Shown here one piece after another: positions 16,245-38,667 of a stretch of DNA of 64,000 nucleotides (the first letter of the stretch is position 1; the number at the start of each line of letters is the position of its first letter). The notes beneath the pieces are model-generated. The model saw nothing but the letters and a program-made list of their open reading frames with translations, was not told the DNA's origin and ran no database searches. The translations under genes were made by a program, and so were the position numbers. This DNA comes from the human T2T-CHM13v2.0 reference genome, Homo sapiens: assembly GCF_009914755.1 (NCBI RefSeq), contig NC_060942.1; one strand, written 5' to 3'.

Positions 16245-17034
16245 AAAACTAAGTTTTAATTATAGTAGGGAAACTAATGCAAGGCCAGAAATTATTGACT
16301 TTGTTCACAGAATGCTAATTTTCCCCACACAAAATATGCAGAGCTATGTTTCATTAATATGCAGAGCTATGTTTTATTACCAAAACACACTATTCCAAAT
16401 GCTCAAAAGGAAAAAAGATATTTGTACTCTGTGCTAAAACAGATTCATCTGTGGTATTTAAATGACAAAACTAGAATTGTTTCAACCCAGAAATCATTGG
16501 TTAAAATTTCCATGATTAAAGTTTTGCTCAAGCAAATCTTAAAACACAGGTATGTATTTCAGAAGATCAACCAAATTCAAGAGTTTGGATCCCATTTTGG
16601 GTACCTTATAAGTAGAAATTTCAAAATCTTCCTCAAAAACATCTGCATCTGTTTTCCAGATTCTTGCAACCCAAAACAAAACTTCATAGAAACTCTCCAC
16701 AAGAGTTGGTAGACAGCTAAACCTTCTCCAAATTGAGTTATGGACAATAAGGTCTTGATTATAGCAGAACTGGAAGGTCTATTTACAAGCCTGCACACAG
16801 TACTATGTAAGTTGGCTGCTGGGGCACATAGATTGGCAGGGAAAGGCCAGGGAGGCAGTTGAATTCCTGGCATTTTTCAAAGCTTTTTTTCCTAGTTTCA
16901 TTATTCCTAGAATTTTGAAGCTTATTAAGACATTCCCTATCCTATGTCATACTCTAGAGCACTCTAGTAAGAATCCTGATAGAATAAACTCTTTTTTTGT
17001 TTTTAAAAGTGTACATTTCAATGACTTTTAATAA

Positions 17035-19672
<2,638 letters not shown>

Positions 19673-19679
19673 TATGCCC

Positions 19680-20470
19680 AATCAAAAATTTTTATCCAGA
19701 ATATATGAAGATTTGTAGGAGATTTTTATATATTCTGGATATAAATTTTTGATTGGACATAAACATTGCAGATATCTTCTCCCACTTTAACTTGTCTTTT
19801 CTTTCTCTTAATGGTGAATTCGTTAATACCAATTTCTTAATTTTAATGTAGTTCAAGTTATCAGACTATTTCTGTGTAGTTAATGCTTATTTAGTCTTGC
19901 TTAAGAAATTTTTGTCTACCCCGTTGTCATAAAGGTATTCTTCTATGTTACAGAAGCTTTTCTTTTTGAATTTTTAACGTTTCAGATTGAGCTTTATAAC
20001 CCACCTACGATTGACTTTTGTTTGTGAAGTAAGATAAGGGCTAAATTCTTTGATTCCCCCATTTTGATATCCAAATTATCTACCACCATTTATTGAGAAG
20101 ATTATTATTTCCTCACTGCACTGCAGTTTCACCTTTGTCATAAATCAGGTGATGGTATAAGTAAAAGTTTGTTTTTGGTTTCTCTATTTGTATGTCCTGC
20201 TAATACCATCTTATTTTAATTGTAATAAAGTTGGAAACATCTGATGGTACACATTCTTGAGCTCTGTTCTTCTTCAGAACTTTCTTGGTTCTTCTTGTCC
20301 TTTTAAATTTTCAAAAAAATTTTAAATTAGCTTGTCAATTTTCAAATTACCTGATAGGATTTTGAGTAGGATTGCATTCAACCATAATTTAATGAGTAGA
20401 AATTACTTATTCACAATATAAAATCTTTCTATTCATAAACATTGTATGTCTTTTTTATGTATACAATATT
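19680..20470 (-). mobile_element. Old L1 (L1M) ORF2 fragment
   Basis: Degenerate antisense L1 sequence. Confidence 0.65.
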
Positions 20471-20489
20471 TATATCTGTTTTAAAAATT

Positions 20490-22146
<1,657 letters not shown>

Positions 22147-22249
22147 TGTGCAACACTTTTTTTAAAGGCATGCTTCAATAAAGAAACATTTCCATTTAGT
22201 CAGGAGACTATCTCTTTGAGTCTAACATAGATTACAGCCTTGACATGAA

Positions 22250-23100
<851 letters not shown>

Positions 23101-23194
23101 GTGGTGTTAGAACTGTGAGGTCCAGTATGATAGCCACCAGCTGCTTTTAGTTTTTTACACTTAAATTAATTAAAATACCATAAAATTTATTCCT

Positions 23195-24640
<1,446 letters not shown>

Positions 24641-24723
24641 ACATACTAAATCGAAGGGATATTAAAAGTAATATTGATGAAATAAAGTTAGAAATATAAA
24701 ATTTTTACCAGCGATTGATTGAG

Positions 24724-24901
24724 CTGATTCAAATTACTTCTTACAGTCTTCAATTCCATATTTTGTATATTCGGAGAGTGAGTTCAAGTTGCTTCACTTC
24801 TAACTTTTTCTTTTGTTGCTCTTCGATTTTTCCTAATTCTTCCCTAATTTTTTCATTTAATATATTGGCATTTCTTCTCTTCTTCTTGGTTTAAAGTCAA
24901 T
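24724..24901 (-). pseudogene. Last recognisable exon (coiled coil), frameshifted, donor lost
   Basis: ggcag|A TTG ACT TTA AAC CAA GAA...; LTLNQEEEK / NANILNEKIREELGKIEEQQKKKLEVKQLELTLRI / MELKTVRSNLNQ, followed by ctcaat instead of gt. Confidence 0.82.
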
Positions 24902-26057
24902 CTGCCATTAAATATACTTATCTTAAAATTCATTTTGTTAGAAAATAGAATTCACTTTGAGATCTACTTCTTTGTATATTGGTTTATTATTCCAATAAAA
25001 TTTCTATATTCTTGAATATGTTTTTTCTTTCTAGTTCTGAGGTATTTAATTTATTACTGAACTCTCTTCCAAATGATGCACATACTTGAAAAATAATGAG
25101 AAAGAACACCTTCTAGTTAGAAAGATTCTGTTACTAGTAACTTCAACAACAGTTATGGAAAAGAATACTGGAAGTTATCCAGTAAAATTATAAGTTGAAA
25201 ATTATTATTTTAAAAATATAACAGTCAAAATTACTCCTCAATAAGGACAGATCATTTAGAGTTAACTAATTAAAATGACGTTACTTTTTATAAACAAGTT
25301 TACATATTCATTAGACATAAATATTCATCTTTATAAAATAAGGCAAGTATCCTTAAAAACAATTATAATATTAAAATCTGAGACTAGGCTGAAAAATCTA
25401 ATATCTGTTATCCCATATATGTTTTGTTTCTTTTTTTAGTAATACTTTAAATGTATCTTGTTGATTATTATACATTTTATCAACAAATTTTAAATCTCTT
25501 TTAGAATAACACAGAATATATTTAATTAAAATATAAAAATAATAAGCATAACCCTGAATTAATTTTATTTATGTAGGAGAGAGAGAGATGTTGAATATAC
25601 TAGTCATAAATTACTCTATATTTTTCTTTATACTCCATGCATATTAACATTACAAGTGTATAATTAAAGGAAAATGATTATTGGGGGTAGAGGAACCTAT
25701 AATTTAAGCAAATATTTTTATAGTGAAGAATTTATTCCAAGTCAATAATTAGAATGATAGAAAAAGATTTACATGCAGTTATGCCTTGCAGCACTTATTA
25801 TAACACAAAAAATTAAAAATAAAAAATTAATTTGTTAAGTAATAATGGGATTTCCAAATAATGGCCTTCTATGCAGCCATTAAAATTGTGATTTAAATAA
25901 ATATGCATTTAATTAACAGGAGATGTATTCACAGTTAAGAAATTGTATTGTTTAGTTGAATTTGACACTCTACAAGGCAGAGATTTCTTTCTCCAGTTAA
26001 ACCTCAGAAGGTATGTCAGCTAGTACAAAAAGTATCCTATATACTAGTATGTCATAC

Positions 26058-26588
<531 letters not shown>

Positions 26589-27029
26589 CTGTCTCAAGGA
26601 GGAGATAGAAATAAAATATATTAGTACTTTTGGGATATAGAGAACTGCATATTTTAACAATCACTAATTCATACACTGATCAAATATATATTGATTGCCT
26701 GCCACGTGGAAGGCATTATACTAAGCTCTGCAGATTAAACAGAAAAAAACAAAAACCTCTGCATTTGTTTAACTTAAAATGTGCTAAAAGACAAAGCCCC
26801 AGAAAAGTGACAGTTATAAATTCAGATAAATACTGTAAGAAACAGATTGCTAAGATTTAGATCTATACTAGGCTCATGGAAAATTCCCCCAAGGGATGTA
26901 TAGCTACACTGAGGAATGAAGAATGAAAAGGAAGCAGTTGAGCAAACAGGGAAGGAAAGAATTTTAGCCAGTCTGTGGCATGTGCTGAAACTCTAGTGTA
27001 GTCTTCCTCTAGCCAAGGGAGAGCAACAG

Positions 27030-28790
27030 GTATGATTTTTCTTCTTAGCTAAAATAACTAAAATCAAAACACACAAAATAAATTAAACAATTTTTCAGAT
27101 ACTGGACATTAGGCAAAGAAGATAATAATCCCTGAAAAACAGAAAATAAAAAAACGAAAGAAAGCAAACCTTATGGATGTTTCAGCTTCCTGTCTTGGCA
27201 GAGATTCCGAGACATGACACAGGAAGAAAAAACTGAGGTGGGATCTACCAGACTCTCTTGGTTACACTGATGAAGCTTAGAGTCTGGTAAAACCAAAGCA
27301 GGCAGATATTACAGAACAAACACTGAGGAGGAGAGAGAGATACAGAAGCAACGGCAAGAAACCCCCTGTCAGTATTTAGCAAAATTTTGAAAATTGCATG
27401 GGAGATAGAAAACTACCTAAGAACAAACCGGGTGGGGGTGGGGGTTGGCTTATAAAATTAGAGGAAATCACACCTGGTACTCATACAGTGCCAAGAAGAG
27501 TGTCTGTTTTTATAGATTTGCCTGGGAAAACTCAGACTTCACAGGAAAATGAATACTCAGAAAGGCCTTGTCTCAGGTATGGGGAGTTAGCTCACACCAT
27601 AAAAAGAAAAATGAAAAGGATCAAGCTGTTTATAAGTAACTCAACTCTATTCTACTATAAAAATCAAGAAAATAAATAAAGTAACAGAAGATACTTTTAA
27701 AAACCAAATTGCACTTTTAGAGATACAAATTACAATGCTGGAGATGAAAGCTACACTGAGTAGATATGAGCATAGATTAATTTGCCATCATGAAAGAAAA
27801 TATTTACAAATTTGAGACACTAGTGAACTATGAGCAAACTTCCAGCAGGTAGTATATAAGTCCCCAAAGAGGTAGGAGGAGAGGCAGAATCAAAAATTTG
27901 AGGAAAAATTGGCTAAATATGTTCTAAACTTAACGAAAGCCATAATCCCACAGATCTAGGCTGGGATCTGGTTGATAGAAAAGAAATGAAAATATGATTG
28001 TTATTTCTTATACCATCTATGATATGATATAATATTACTTGAAGGTGGATTGTGATGAGGTAAATTCATACATTATAAATCCTAAAGCAACTACTAAGAC
28101 AGCAAAGAGTTATACCTAATACCAAATAAACTTATACCAAAAAAGATATGACTAAATTGTAAAGAAATGTAAAACTAGATTAATAACTAAAAAAGTTATG
28201 CATATACAGATATGTAACTAAATCATAAAAATTACTAAACTAGTCTGAAGGAAGCAGAAAAAGGAAAAAAGCAAAGCAAAGAAGATCTGAGACTAATAGA
28301 AATCAAACAGTGTGATGACAGACAACTCTAATCATATCAATAATTACATTATAAATTAAACTGATCTAAAAACCTCTGCTCAAAGGCAGATTATCAGAAT
28401 GGATAAAAGAGCAAGTCTTATCTGTATAATGAGTATAAGAAATAAACTTTAAATATAAAGACAAAAATTGGTTAAAAGATGAAACAAGATATATCACACT
28501 AACACTACAAAAGAAGGCTGAGGAAGAGTGGTTGTATTAATACCAAAGTACATTTCATAGCAAAAATATTACCAGAAATAAACAAGGTCATTTCATAGTG
28601 ACAAATGGTTCAATTAATCAAGAAAACATAACAGTCCTAAATATTTATGTATATAATAACATAAATGCTTCAAAATACATGATACAAAAATTGATAGAAC
28701 TGCAAAAGAAATAGACAAATTCCCAAGTATAGCCTAAAATTTCTAAACCCCTTACTCAAGTGGTATAATAAGGAGGCAGAAAATTCTGGA
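27030..28790 (+). mobile_element. Old L1 (L1M) 5'/ORF1-ORF2 junction fragment
   Basis: A-rich degenerate L1 sequence with endonuclease-region similarity near 28330-28790. Confidence 0.6.
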
Positions 28791-29919
28791 AAAATGTTGG
28801 CATGTGTACTCACCACTCTAGACATTTTCCCACTACCTGTGTATGTATGCCGCTTTAGTTACAAAAAGTTAGGTAGGATCTTGGGAGATTTCTTCTTGGA
28901 TACCAGAATTATCAACCACATCAACAGTATACCTAACAACCAAAATAATTCTTTTGAACAGATTACCACGGAAGAACTTGTAAGTTAAATCCAGTAGCCT
29001 TTTGAGTAATTTTACTGCTTGAAATTCTCACATTTAAAAGAAATTTGCAACATCACTTTCTCAGACTCCTCTCCTACATTTGTTTAACCACTGCTCAGTC
29101 TCCTTTACCAAGTCCTTTGACTCTTGTGAAATGTTGATATTCCCAGGGTTTTGTCAATGGCTTTCTTTTTATTCTACATCTTCTGCCTCATGGATAAGCT
29201 CATTGAGATCTATGCCTTTGCCTAATAATTATAATAAAGGTATTCTAAGCCTGCATCTTCAACCAGAGTTCTATCTCCAGCTAGAAATGCATATAATCCG
29301 ATTACCTACTGAAAGTATCCCTCATGAATGTTTCATTGAACTCAATATGTAAAGAAAACTGTTGGTCTGTCCCATGACTGTTTGCACTTCCCTGTTAACC
29401 TGACAAATTCCTACTCCTTCCCCATGAGCATTGTAAATGCTTGTGCACAATCTGAAAACTTATGAATGACCTGAGATTTTATCTGTCCCTAGCTTTTTAA
29501 ACTCAATTATCACTAAGCCATATTAACTGTACCTCTTTTCTGCCTTTGCTTTATCTTTCCAGTGCCACTGGAAATACAAACTTATTTATTTTATATTTAT
29601 ATTTCCTTGTTAAACGTGGCCCCTTAACTGATGGCTTTCACAGGGAAAAAGAAACCCTACAAATTACTGTTCTTATTTTTTAAGTTAAAAAAATTAATCA
29701 AAATAAAATAATGCCAAAGAAGGACCTACATGTTTAAATGTGTAAATTGAGCTTCTGAACTTTATTCATTTTACCCTTGATGGATCAAACTTTCATAATA
29801 GATTGATACTAGGCCACAGATTGGTTACAAAAAAAAAAAAAGACTATCACATGAACTACTACAAAAGCTTAATCTTTCAATCTTTTTATGTGATTATCCT
29901 CCATCTATCTTCTATATAA

Positions 29920-30131
29920 AGGGCCAGAAACTATAGGCCACAGGCCAAATTCAGCTTTCTAAATGGTTTTTTATACAAACTTTTATTGGAGTACAATCAT
30001 GCCTCTTTGCCCATACATTATCTATGACTCCTTTCACTCTACAATGGCAGAGTTGAATAGCTGTAATAGAGACTACATGGCCCAACATATTCGCTATCTG
30101 GCACTTTACAGGAAAAGTTTGCCAATCTCTG
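29920..30131 (+). mobile_element. MER58A-like hAT MITE within L2 fragments
   Basis: ...ctacaatggcagagttgaatagctgtaatagagac...aaaagtttgccaatctctg. Confidence 0.7.
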
Positions 30132-30894
30132 CTTTATACCATGACAAGAATGCCCTGATACTCAAATCTAATCTTGTGACTCCCCTGCTCAAACTTTTCC
30201 ACTGAATTCCTGCAGAAAACATTGCTGGCTTCCTATGCATAGTCATTATTTATTCTTTATTGCTGCAGAAACACATGCTCATTTAGATATTTATTATTCC
30301 ATTACCCCCATCCCATCTTAAAAGAAAAATCATTATTGTAAGCTAATCACAGTAATTACATTTGCTTTCCTAGTGATTGGTATAGAAATAAGCATATGAT
30401 ATAATCCAGCCAATAAAATGTTACAGAAAGATTACTGAAAGCTTCCAAGTTTTCTTCCTATTTAAAAAAAAAAATGTGAACAAAAGCAGCCCTCCCAGCC
30501 TTCAGATATTGTTTTCAGATAGCATGATGATTGGAGCTGTTGCTAATTAGCCAACCAAGAAAGGAAACATGAACAAAACACTGCCAATAGCACAACTAAT
30601 AATGGGGTGGGGAGTGAGATCCTATAACATCCCTGTACCACCAAAACAACTTTGGTTTCTATGGTTTTAGCAATTGTTAGTTAGTTCATCTATTATTTAC
30701 AGCCAGAACTATTTTGGGAATTTTTCCAGGGCCTACAGAATAAGATCTACTCATTTCTACACTATTGAAATGTGTTACCTAAGCTTGCGTTATCTAGACA
30801 TTCAAGCCATTCCTGACTACTCCCATACCACACTATTTCCATTAGGGAACCCTAAGTGCCAATAAACTCTACAAAGTTCACTCAAGCATCTTAC

Positions 30895-31204
30895 CATTTG
30901 TACTTGCTTTTGTAGCTGTTTTTTTGTAGGACATGTGATCATCTTAGATGTTCCTTCTTCCAAAACTTCAATTTTATTAGATGTTACTCCTGCCACTCAT
31001 TCAGTCTTTACAGATGTTTCTTTTTCCTCCTGTGTGGTCTTTGAAGGTCTTTCTTGTGGCCATGCAAATTTCTCAGATGTTTCTTTCACAGGCCTTGTAA
31101 TTTTCCTAGGTGTTTCTCCTGCTGACTGTTCAATCTTTCCAGATATTGCTTTCCCCAAACATTGAACTTCGTCAGATGTTCCCTCCACCAAGGGTGCAGC
31201 TTCA
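30895..31204 (-). pseudogene. Exon 7, 3' part (beyond the provirus), with in-frame stop
   Basis: EAAPLVEGTSDEVQCLGKAISGKIEQSAGETPRKITRPVKETSEKFAWPQERPSKTTQEEKETSVKTE*VAGVTSNKIEVLEEGTSKMITCPTKKTATKASTN, donor G|gtaag at 30895. Confidence 0.9.
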
Positions 31205-31811
31205 TGTTGGAAATAACTTTTTGATGACACAAAGAAGAGTTAGCACTCCAGCAACAAGTTAACACTCCAGCAAGGCAAATTTACTTCTATAGAAGGGTGA
31301 GTCTTGCGGATGGAGCAATGGCAAGAGCATACTGGATAAGAGAGGGGAAAGGGTTCTTATTCCTAATGCAGCTAGTCCCTACTTTTGTGTCTCTCCCCTA
31401 TTGGCTAGGGTTGGACTGCACACTCTAAGCTAATTTTGACTGGCTACTTCAAAGAGGACAGGGGTGCAAGCCAGAGTGGCAGGGTGGGTAGTTTCTGCAG
31501 GAAGGATGGTTACAGAGCGGGCGACTAAGGATGACTAAGGACAGAGCAGGTGACTAAGAATGACTAAGGACAGAGTAGGTGATAGGGACTAGGAGGGGGT
31601 CGTTTACTGAAACTAGGGTCAAGGAGGCATAAATAATGAGGAAGTTAAACTTTAAAATGGAGAACAAAGAATAGAGAAGCTGAACATATTGACATATTTG
31701 TTCTTTGAAGAGGAACTCAGAACTCACTGTGCTTAACAATCTTCCCTCTCTTGAATTTTAAAGGACATTAACAGGCTAAAACCTTTGAAGAGGAATTCAC
31801 TGTATTCTACA
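31205..31811 (-). mobile_element. 3' LTR (LTR10-type)
   Basis: Starts TGTAGAATACAGTGAATTCC after the purine tract AAAAATTGAAAGAGGGAAT and ends ...TTCCAACA. Confidence 0.9.
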
Positions 31812-31828
31812 ATTCCCTCTTTCAATTT

Positions 31829-33300
31829 TTATAGCCCTTCCTCTTCAAACCTTTTTAACATGTCTTGGCTTTTTTTTTTTTTTTCAACTTGATCCTCTAA
31901 GAAGAAAAGCCTATCTGAATAAGGTGGAGGACAGCTAAGGGAGGTTTTAGAAAGTGTTGTTTCTATAAGCCTTTGCACTAGCCCATGGATGCATGGTATG
32001 ACACAACACCCAACAAGAATGAGTACAGCCGTTACTTCTGTAAGAGAAGTAAGAATTGAGGCTATGATTTCTTTCCATTTACTGAAACACCTTTCTAGCC
32101 ATCTGGAGAAAGGGTTATTGACCCCAGAATTTTTAGCTAATTCATTGGATAAAGTGGTAAATCCTTGTAGGGCCCTTGTTATGCTCCCATTGGGGGCAGT
32201 GTTGTTTGCCCCCAATGGATAAAGGTGTATCACTGAGTCTTAATCATAACACAAACACCACCTTTTTCAGCTAATATCATATCCAGGGCCATTCTGTTTT
32301 CCCAGGCCATCTGGCTAGTTGGCCTCAATTGTTCTGCTATTCCTTTGACAACATCCCTGGTGGAATTAATAAACCACTGTTGATTATTATAGATGTAATT
32401 CATCAAATCTACATTTTTATTGTCACCCACCAAAATATTGATTCAAATCCTGTAGCTATTTGATCTTAGGCTTAAATGTATCTGGTACTCCTCATGGGAT
32501 TCCAATAGCATCTAAATAAATGTGGGAGTCAAAAGACCTGTAAGGGACTTCCCTTGCTTTACAATGTTGTGTTTTCCCTTTTTCTGGTTGATGAAATGCC
32601 AGAGTGAAAAGTATAGCCAACAGGACTAGAGCACGAGGGCTGCTCCAATTACTTGGCAGAGTGTCCAGTAAAGGTCCACCACAATACCACCATACATCTG
32701 CTCAGGGGTGTAGAAGGGATGACTGATTGGTAAGCTCTTGGAAAGTCTTAAGCTTACTGCATCCTTTTAGGCCTCCAAACAATGCTAAGTTTCCTCCTTG
32801 TTGTGAGAGACATGAAGTGAACTTAGTGTCGGGAGACGGAAGCTGGATGGCCCTTGGAGGCTGACCTGCAGGGTGTTGAACTTTGGGATATAGCAGAGAG
32901 AGAGATTTACATGACTTGTTACCCCAGGCTGTGGAACCCTGGAAAAGAGCTACCATACAGACCATGCCTGGTCGACTGAAGGACCAACCTAGTGGAAAGG
33001 GGACAATCTGGGCCTCTGGTGTGCTGTGTGCACAAGCGTGACAATTGCCTTTGTTTAAAGTGCGAACGGAGTATTTGATGCATTCCAACCAGGCATTCAC
33101 ATCTTGATATCTTGTCTCAGTTGCCAAAGTTTGTTTTAGGTCTTTAACTTATACAATAGCTACCTTGGTCTTCTCATTAGATGGAGGAGGAACAACAGTT
33201 TCATTGTGAGAGTTTTTGGAAGAAGACTTAGGGGAAGCTGTAGGCAGTAGGGGAGCAATGAAGCATATTCCAAAAGATCCAATAGGATCTGTTTCTGAAA
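31829..33300 (-). pseudogene. env: ERV env remnant
   Basis: SU fragment (ORF 32702-33127); YLDAIGIP*GVPD; immunosuppressive-domain-like ENRMALDMILAEKGGVC; TM stretch AVLILVGCCVIPCI. Confidence 0.85.
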
Positions 33301-33699
33301 ACTCAGACCCCATATCATAAAACCAGCTTAAAGAAGGGAATTGGCTTAGAGAAGGGGAAGAACTTTGAGGGTTTGAAATAATAACCTGTATTGGATCGCA
33401 CTAGTTTACCTGAAAGTTAGGGGGAGCTATATCTTTAGTAAAATGAATGTATGGTTTTAGGAATTACAACTACTGGTTGGGGCAGTCCATCCTTGCTCTC
33501 ACTTGCACGTAGTTGGACCAACTATGTCATAAAAGCTCTGTGTCAAGGGGGCAAGACTCCCAGTCGACACTGGGGTCTTCATTGAAACTTTCGCAGACTA
33601 AATGATCCAAATTCCCTAATGTCCAGTCTGAGGAGAGCCAGGAAGTACAGAGGTACTTTTCTGAAGTGGAGAGCTGTCTTCAACTTGACAAGTCTCCAC

Positions 33700-36605
33700 A
33701 AGGTATAACAAGGCAAGGATCAAATATAATAGTTTCAGGCAAAATGGGTTCCATTTTCTGAGTCAATGTTTTCTATTAGCCTAAACCTGGGCAATATATT
33801 TTCAATTAAGGCCTTAACTACATCATTTGCCATCACGTTTGAAAAGGGAATAGCTTTGACCCAGTGAGTAAGGTGATCTACTGTCACTAGTAAATATTTT
33901 AGACGACCTATTGGAGGCATCTCTGTGTAATCAATCAGGATACTTTAAGTCTGGACTCCTTCTCCCAAGGGGTAATCTTTTTATAGTTTGTTTATTAGTT
34001 TTCTTACATACTAAGCAACTGTCTGTAACCTGTTTGGCCAGAGTATAAATTCCTATACACCCAAAAACTTTCAGAACTGTGTCACACATGGCTTGGGACC
34101 CCCAGTGGGTCCCTTGATGCAGTTGGGACAAGTTTTCCCTCATAAAGGGTTTGAACAACATTTCCCTCTGGTCTGACAATATTCATTTTTATTCTGAATT
34201 CTCTTTAGCACCTATTTTTATTAGTTTCTCTTTTCCGTGGAAGAGAAAATGGAGATTATGGTAGGAGGAGGAAGGTAAAGAGTTCAGTGAAAAATAGATG
34301 TTTTAAAAGAAATGGCAGCCTGTTTGCCTATGTAATCTGCTAGGCTATTTCCTGGACTGTCAAAAGAAAGACTTTTCTAGTGTCTGGGGACATGGACAAT
34401 CACTATTTCTTCTGGCAACTGAAGGTTATTCAATACTTAGGTGATTAGATCCTTATGAACAAGATCTTGACGTTTACTATTAATGAGACCTCATTCAGTC
34501 TAAATTTTTCCAAATGTATGAGCCACTCCAAAGGCATACTTAGAATTGGTATAGATGGCTACTTCCTGGTTCTGCAAGTACTTTAAGGCTCAGCTGAGTG
34601 CAAACAGCTCACAAGTTTGGGCAGACCAATACTTAGGCAATTTTCCTGCCTCAATTTCTTCAAGAGTTTCCCTATCAATTACTGAATACCCATTGCATCT
34701 TTTTGCCTCAATCACCTGGGAGCAACCATCTATAAATAAGTGTCATCCCATCCTGAAGGGAGTTTCTCCTAGGTCTGGTCAGACCTTTGTATGGTAATCA
34801 GTTAAATCTAAACATGTGTGCTATCTCTTTATATTTGGATCCCCTATTAGGAAAACTGCTGGGTTAAGGGAATTATCAGTGGTTAATGTTAAATCATCTT
34901 TTTCTAACAGAATAGTCTCACACTTTAAGATTCTTGAGTCAGTAAGCCACCTCCCTGCTTTCTGGTTTAAGATAGTTCTAACTTGATGGGGCGTTATTAC
35001 TGTCAATTTTCCTCCAAAGGTTAACTTCCTGCTTTCTTTGACCATTAGTGCTGTAGCCACAATGGATTGGATGTATTGAGGCCACTCACAAGTAACTGGA
35101 TCTAAGACTTTTGACAGGAAGGCCACATGGGCTGCCGATGGCCTCCGTGTTCTTAAGTGAGCACTCCTAAAGCTACCCCATTATGCAGGTTGACAAAAAG
35201 GTGGAATGGCTTTTCTAGGGAAGGTAAGGCTAAGAGAGGGGCTGTTATAAGCCTTTTTTTCAGCTCTTCAACCTAATCGACTTCCTCAGAAGTCCACAGG
35301 AAATGGTCAGTCTTCCCCTGGGCAAGTTTTGGATATAGAATTTTACTGTTTAGTGCATGTGAGTTAATCCATAAGCAGCAGTATCCAAATAACCCTAAAA
35401 ATGTCCTGAGTTCTTGTTTAAGTTTGAGGCAAGGGTAGGGACACGATTCCCTCAACTCGTTCAGACCCTATTCTTCACTTCTCTGCACTTATCAAGTGGT
35501 CTAAATATTTAATTTCAGGTTCTACATACTGAAGCTTTCCTTTTGAGACTCATAACCCCTCGAACTGCAGATGGTTGAGAATATGTGTAGAGAAGCCAGC
35601 TACCTTCTCTATATCTTCACCAGATATAAGAATATCATCAACGTATTGGAGCAGGCATATTTGTTTGGGATGATAACTTTTTCTAATACTTGTTCTAAAA
35701 TTTGACTGAAAAGGTTAGGGGAGTTTGTGAACCCTTGGGGTAAGACTATCCATCGATATTGTTGTTTCTACCTGAATGGGGATCCTCCCACTCAAAAGCA
35801 AATATATCTGGCCTATCTTCAGCCAGGAGACATACCCAAAAAGCATCCTTCAAATCTATTACAGTAAACCATTGATTATTATATGGAATCTTGCTGAGAA
35901 TGGTGTAAGGATCGAGGACAATGGGGTGGGTAGTTTGGACTATTTGGTTAATAGCCCTAAGGTCCTGTACCAGCCGATATGACCCATCTAATTTCTTGGC
36001 TGGCAATATTGGGCTGTTATAAGGGGACATAGAGGGCCCAAGAAGCCCATCTGTAATAGACCTTCAATTATAGGTTTCAACTTTATCCTGCCCTCTAGGG
36101 GAATGGGGTATTGTTTCCTCCTTACTACTTCCCTGGGGTTTTTTACCTTGATGTGCTTGGAGGGACTCAGAGTTTCCCTCAGTTTCCTTCTTTGGATCAG
36201 ACATTAGAATTAATATATTTTTCATCTGCAGTGGTGAGTAGCTTTAATGAGGTGAGGAATCTTCTTGGGCTGAGTTGCAGGCCTATGCCTAACTTCAACA
36301 TTAAATCCCTGCCTAGTAAATTAGTCCCTGCTTTAGGGATTAACAAAAACTGAATATGAGCTGATTGAGCCTGGTATCTGACTTCTGTGTTTTCTAAAAT
36401 TTTTGCTTTAAATCCTTCTCCCTTTACCCCACAAACCAAAAGTTCCTCTGAAGAGCAGGCGATATTAGATGGGGGGGGAAACAGAGGATCGAGCCACTCC
36501 TGAATTGACTAAAAAGGTTATAAACTCATGCTTAGGTCCCACTTCTAGACTTATCAAGGGCTCCTGGTGGGACTCAAGATAAAAGAGACAGAACCCCTGA
36601 CACCA
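33700..36605 (-). pseudogene. pol: ERV pro-pol remnant (protease, RT, RNase H, truncated integrase)
   Basis: Protease FLVNSG (catalytic D>N) and NLLGRDL; RT SPYNSPILP, YRLVQDLRAIN, LPQGFTNSP, QYVDD; integrase HQGTHWG...CLVC and YLLVTVDHLTHWVKAIP; many frameshifts. Confidence 0.9.

Positions 36606-38667
<2,062 letters not shown>

Noticed and set aside
31675-31705. p53 response element in the LTR10 LTRs
   Set aside because: GAACATATTGACATATTT lacks the CWWG cores needed for a convincing site.
31829-33127. Co-opted intact env (syncytin-like)
   Set aside because: Env is split into several frames with stops and frameshifts, and the furin-site region is mutated.
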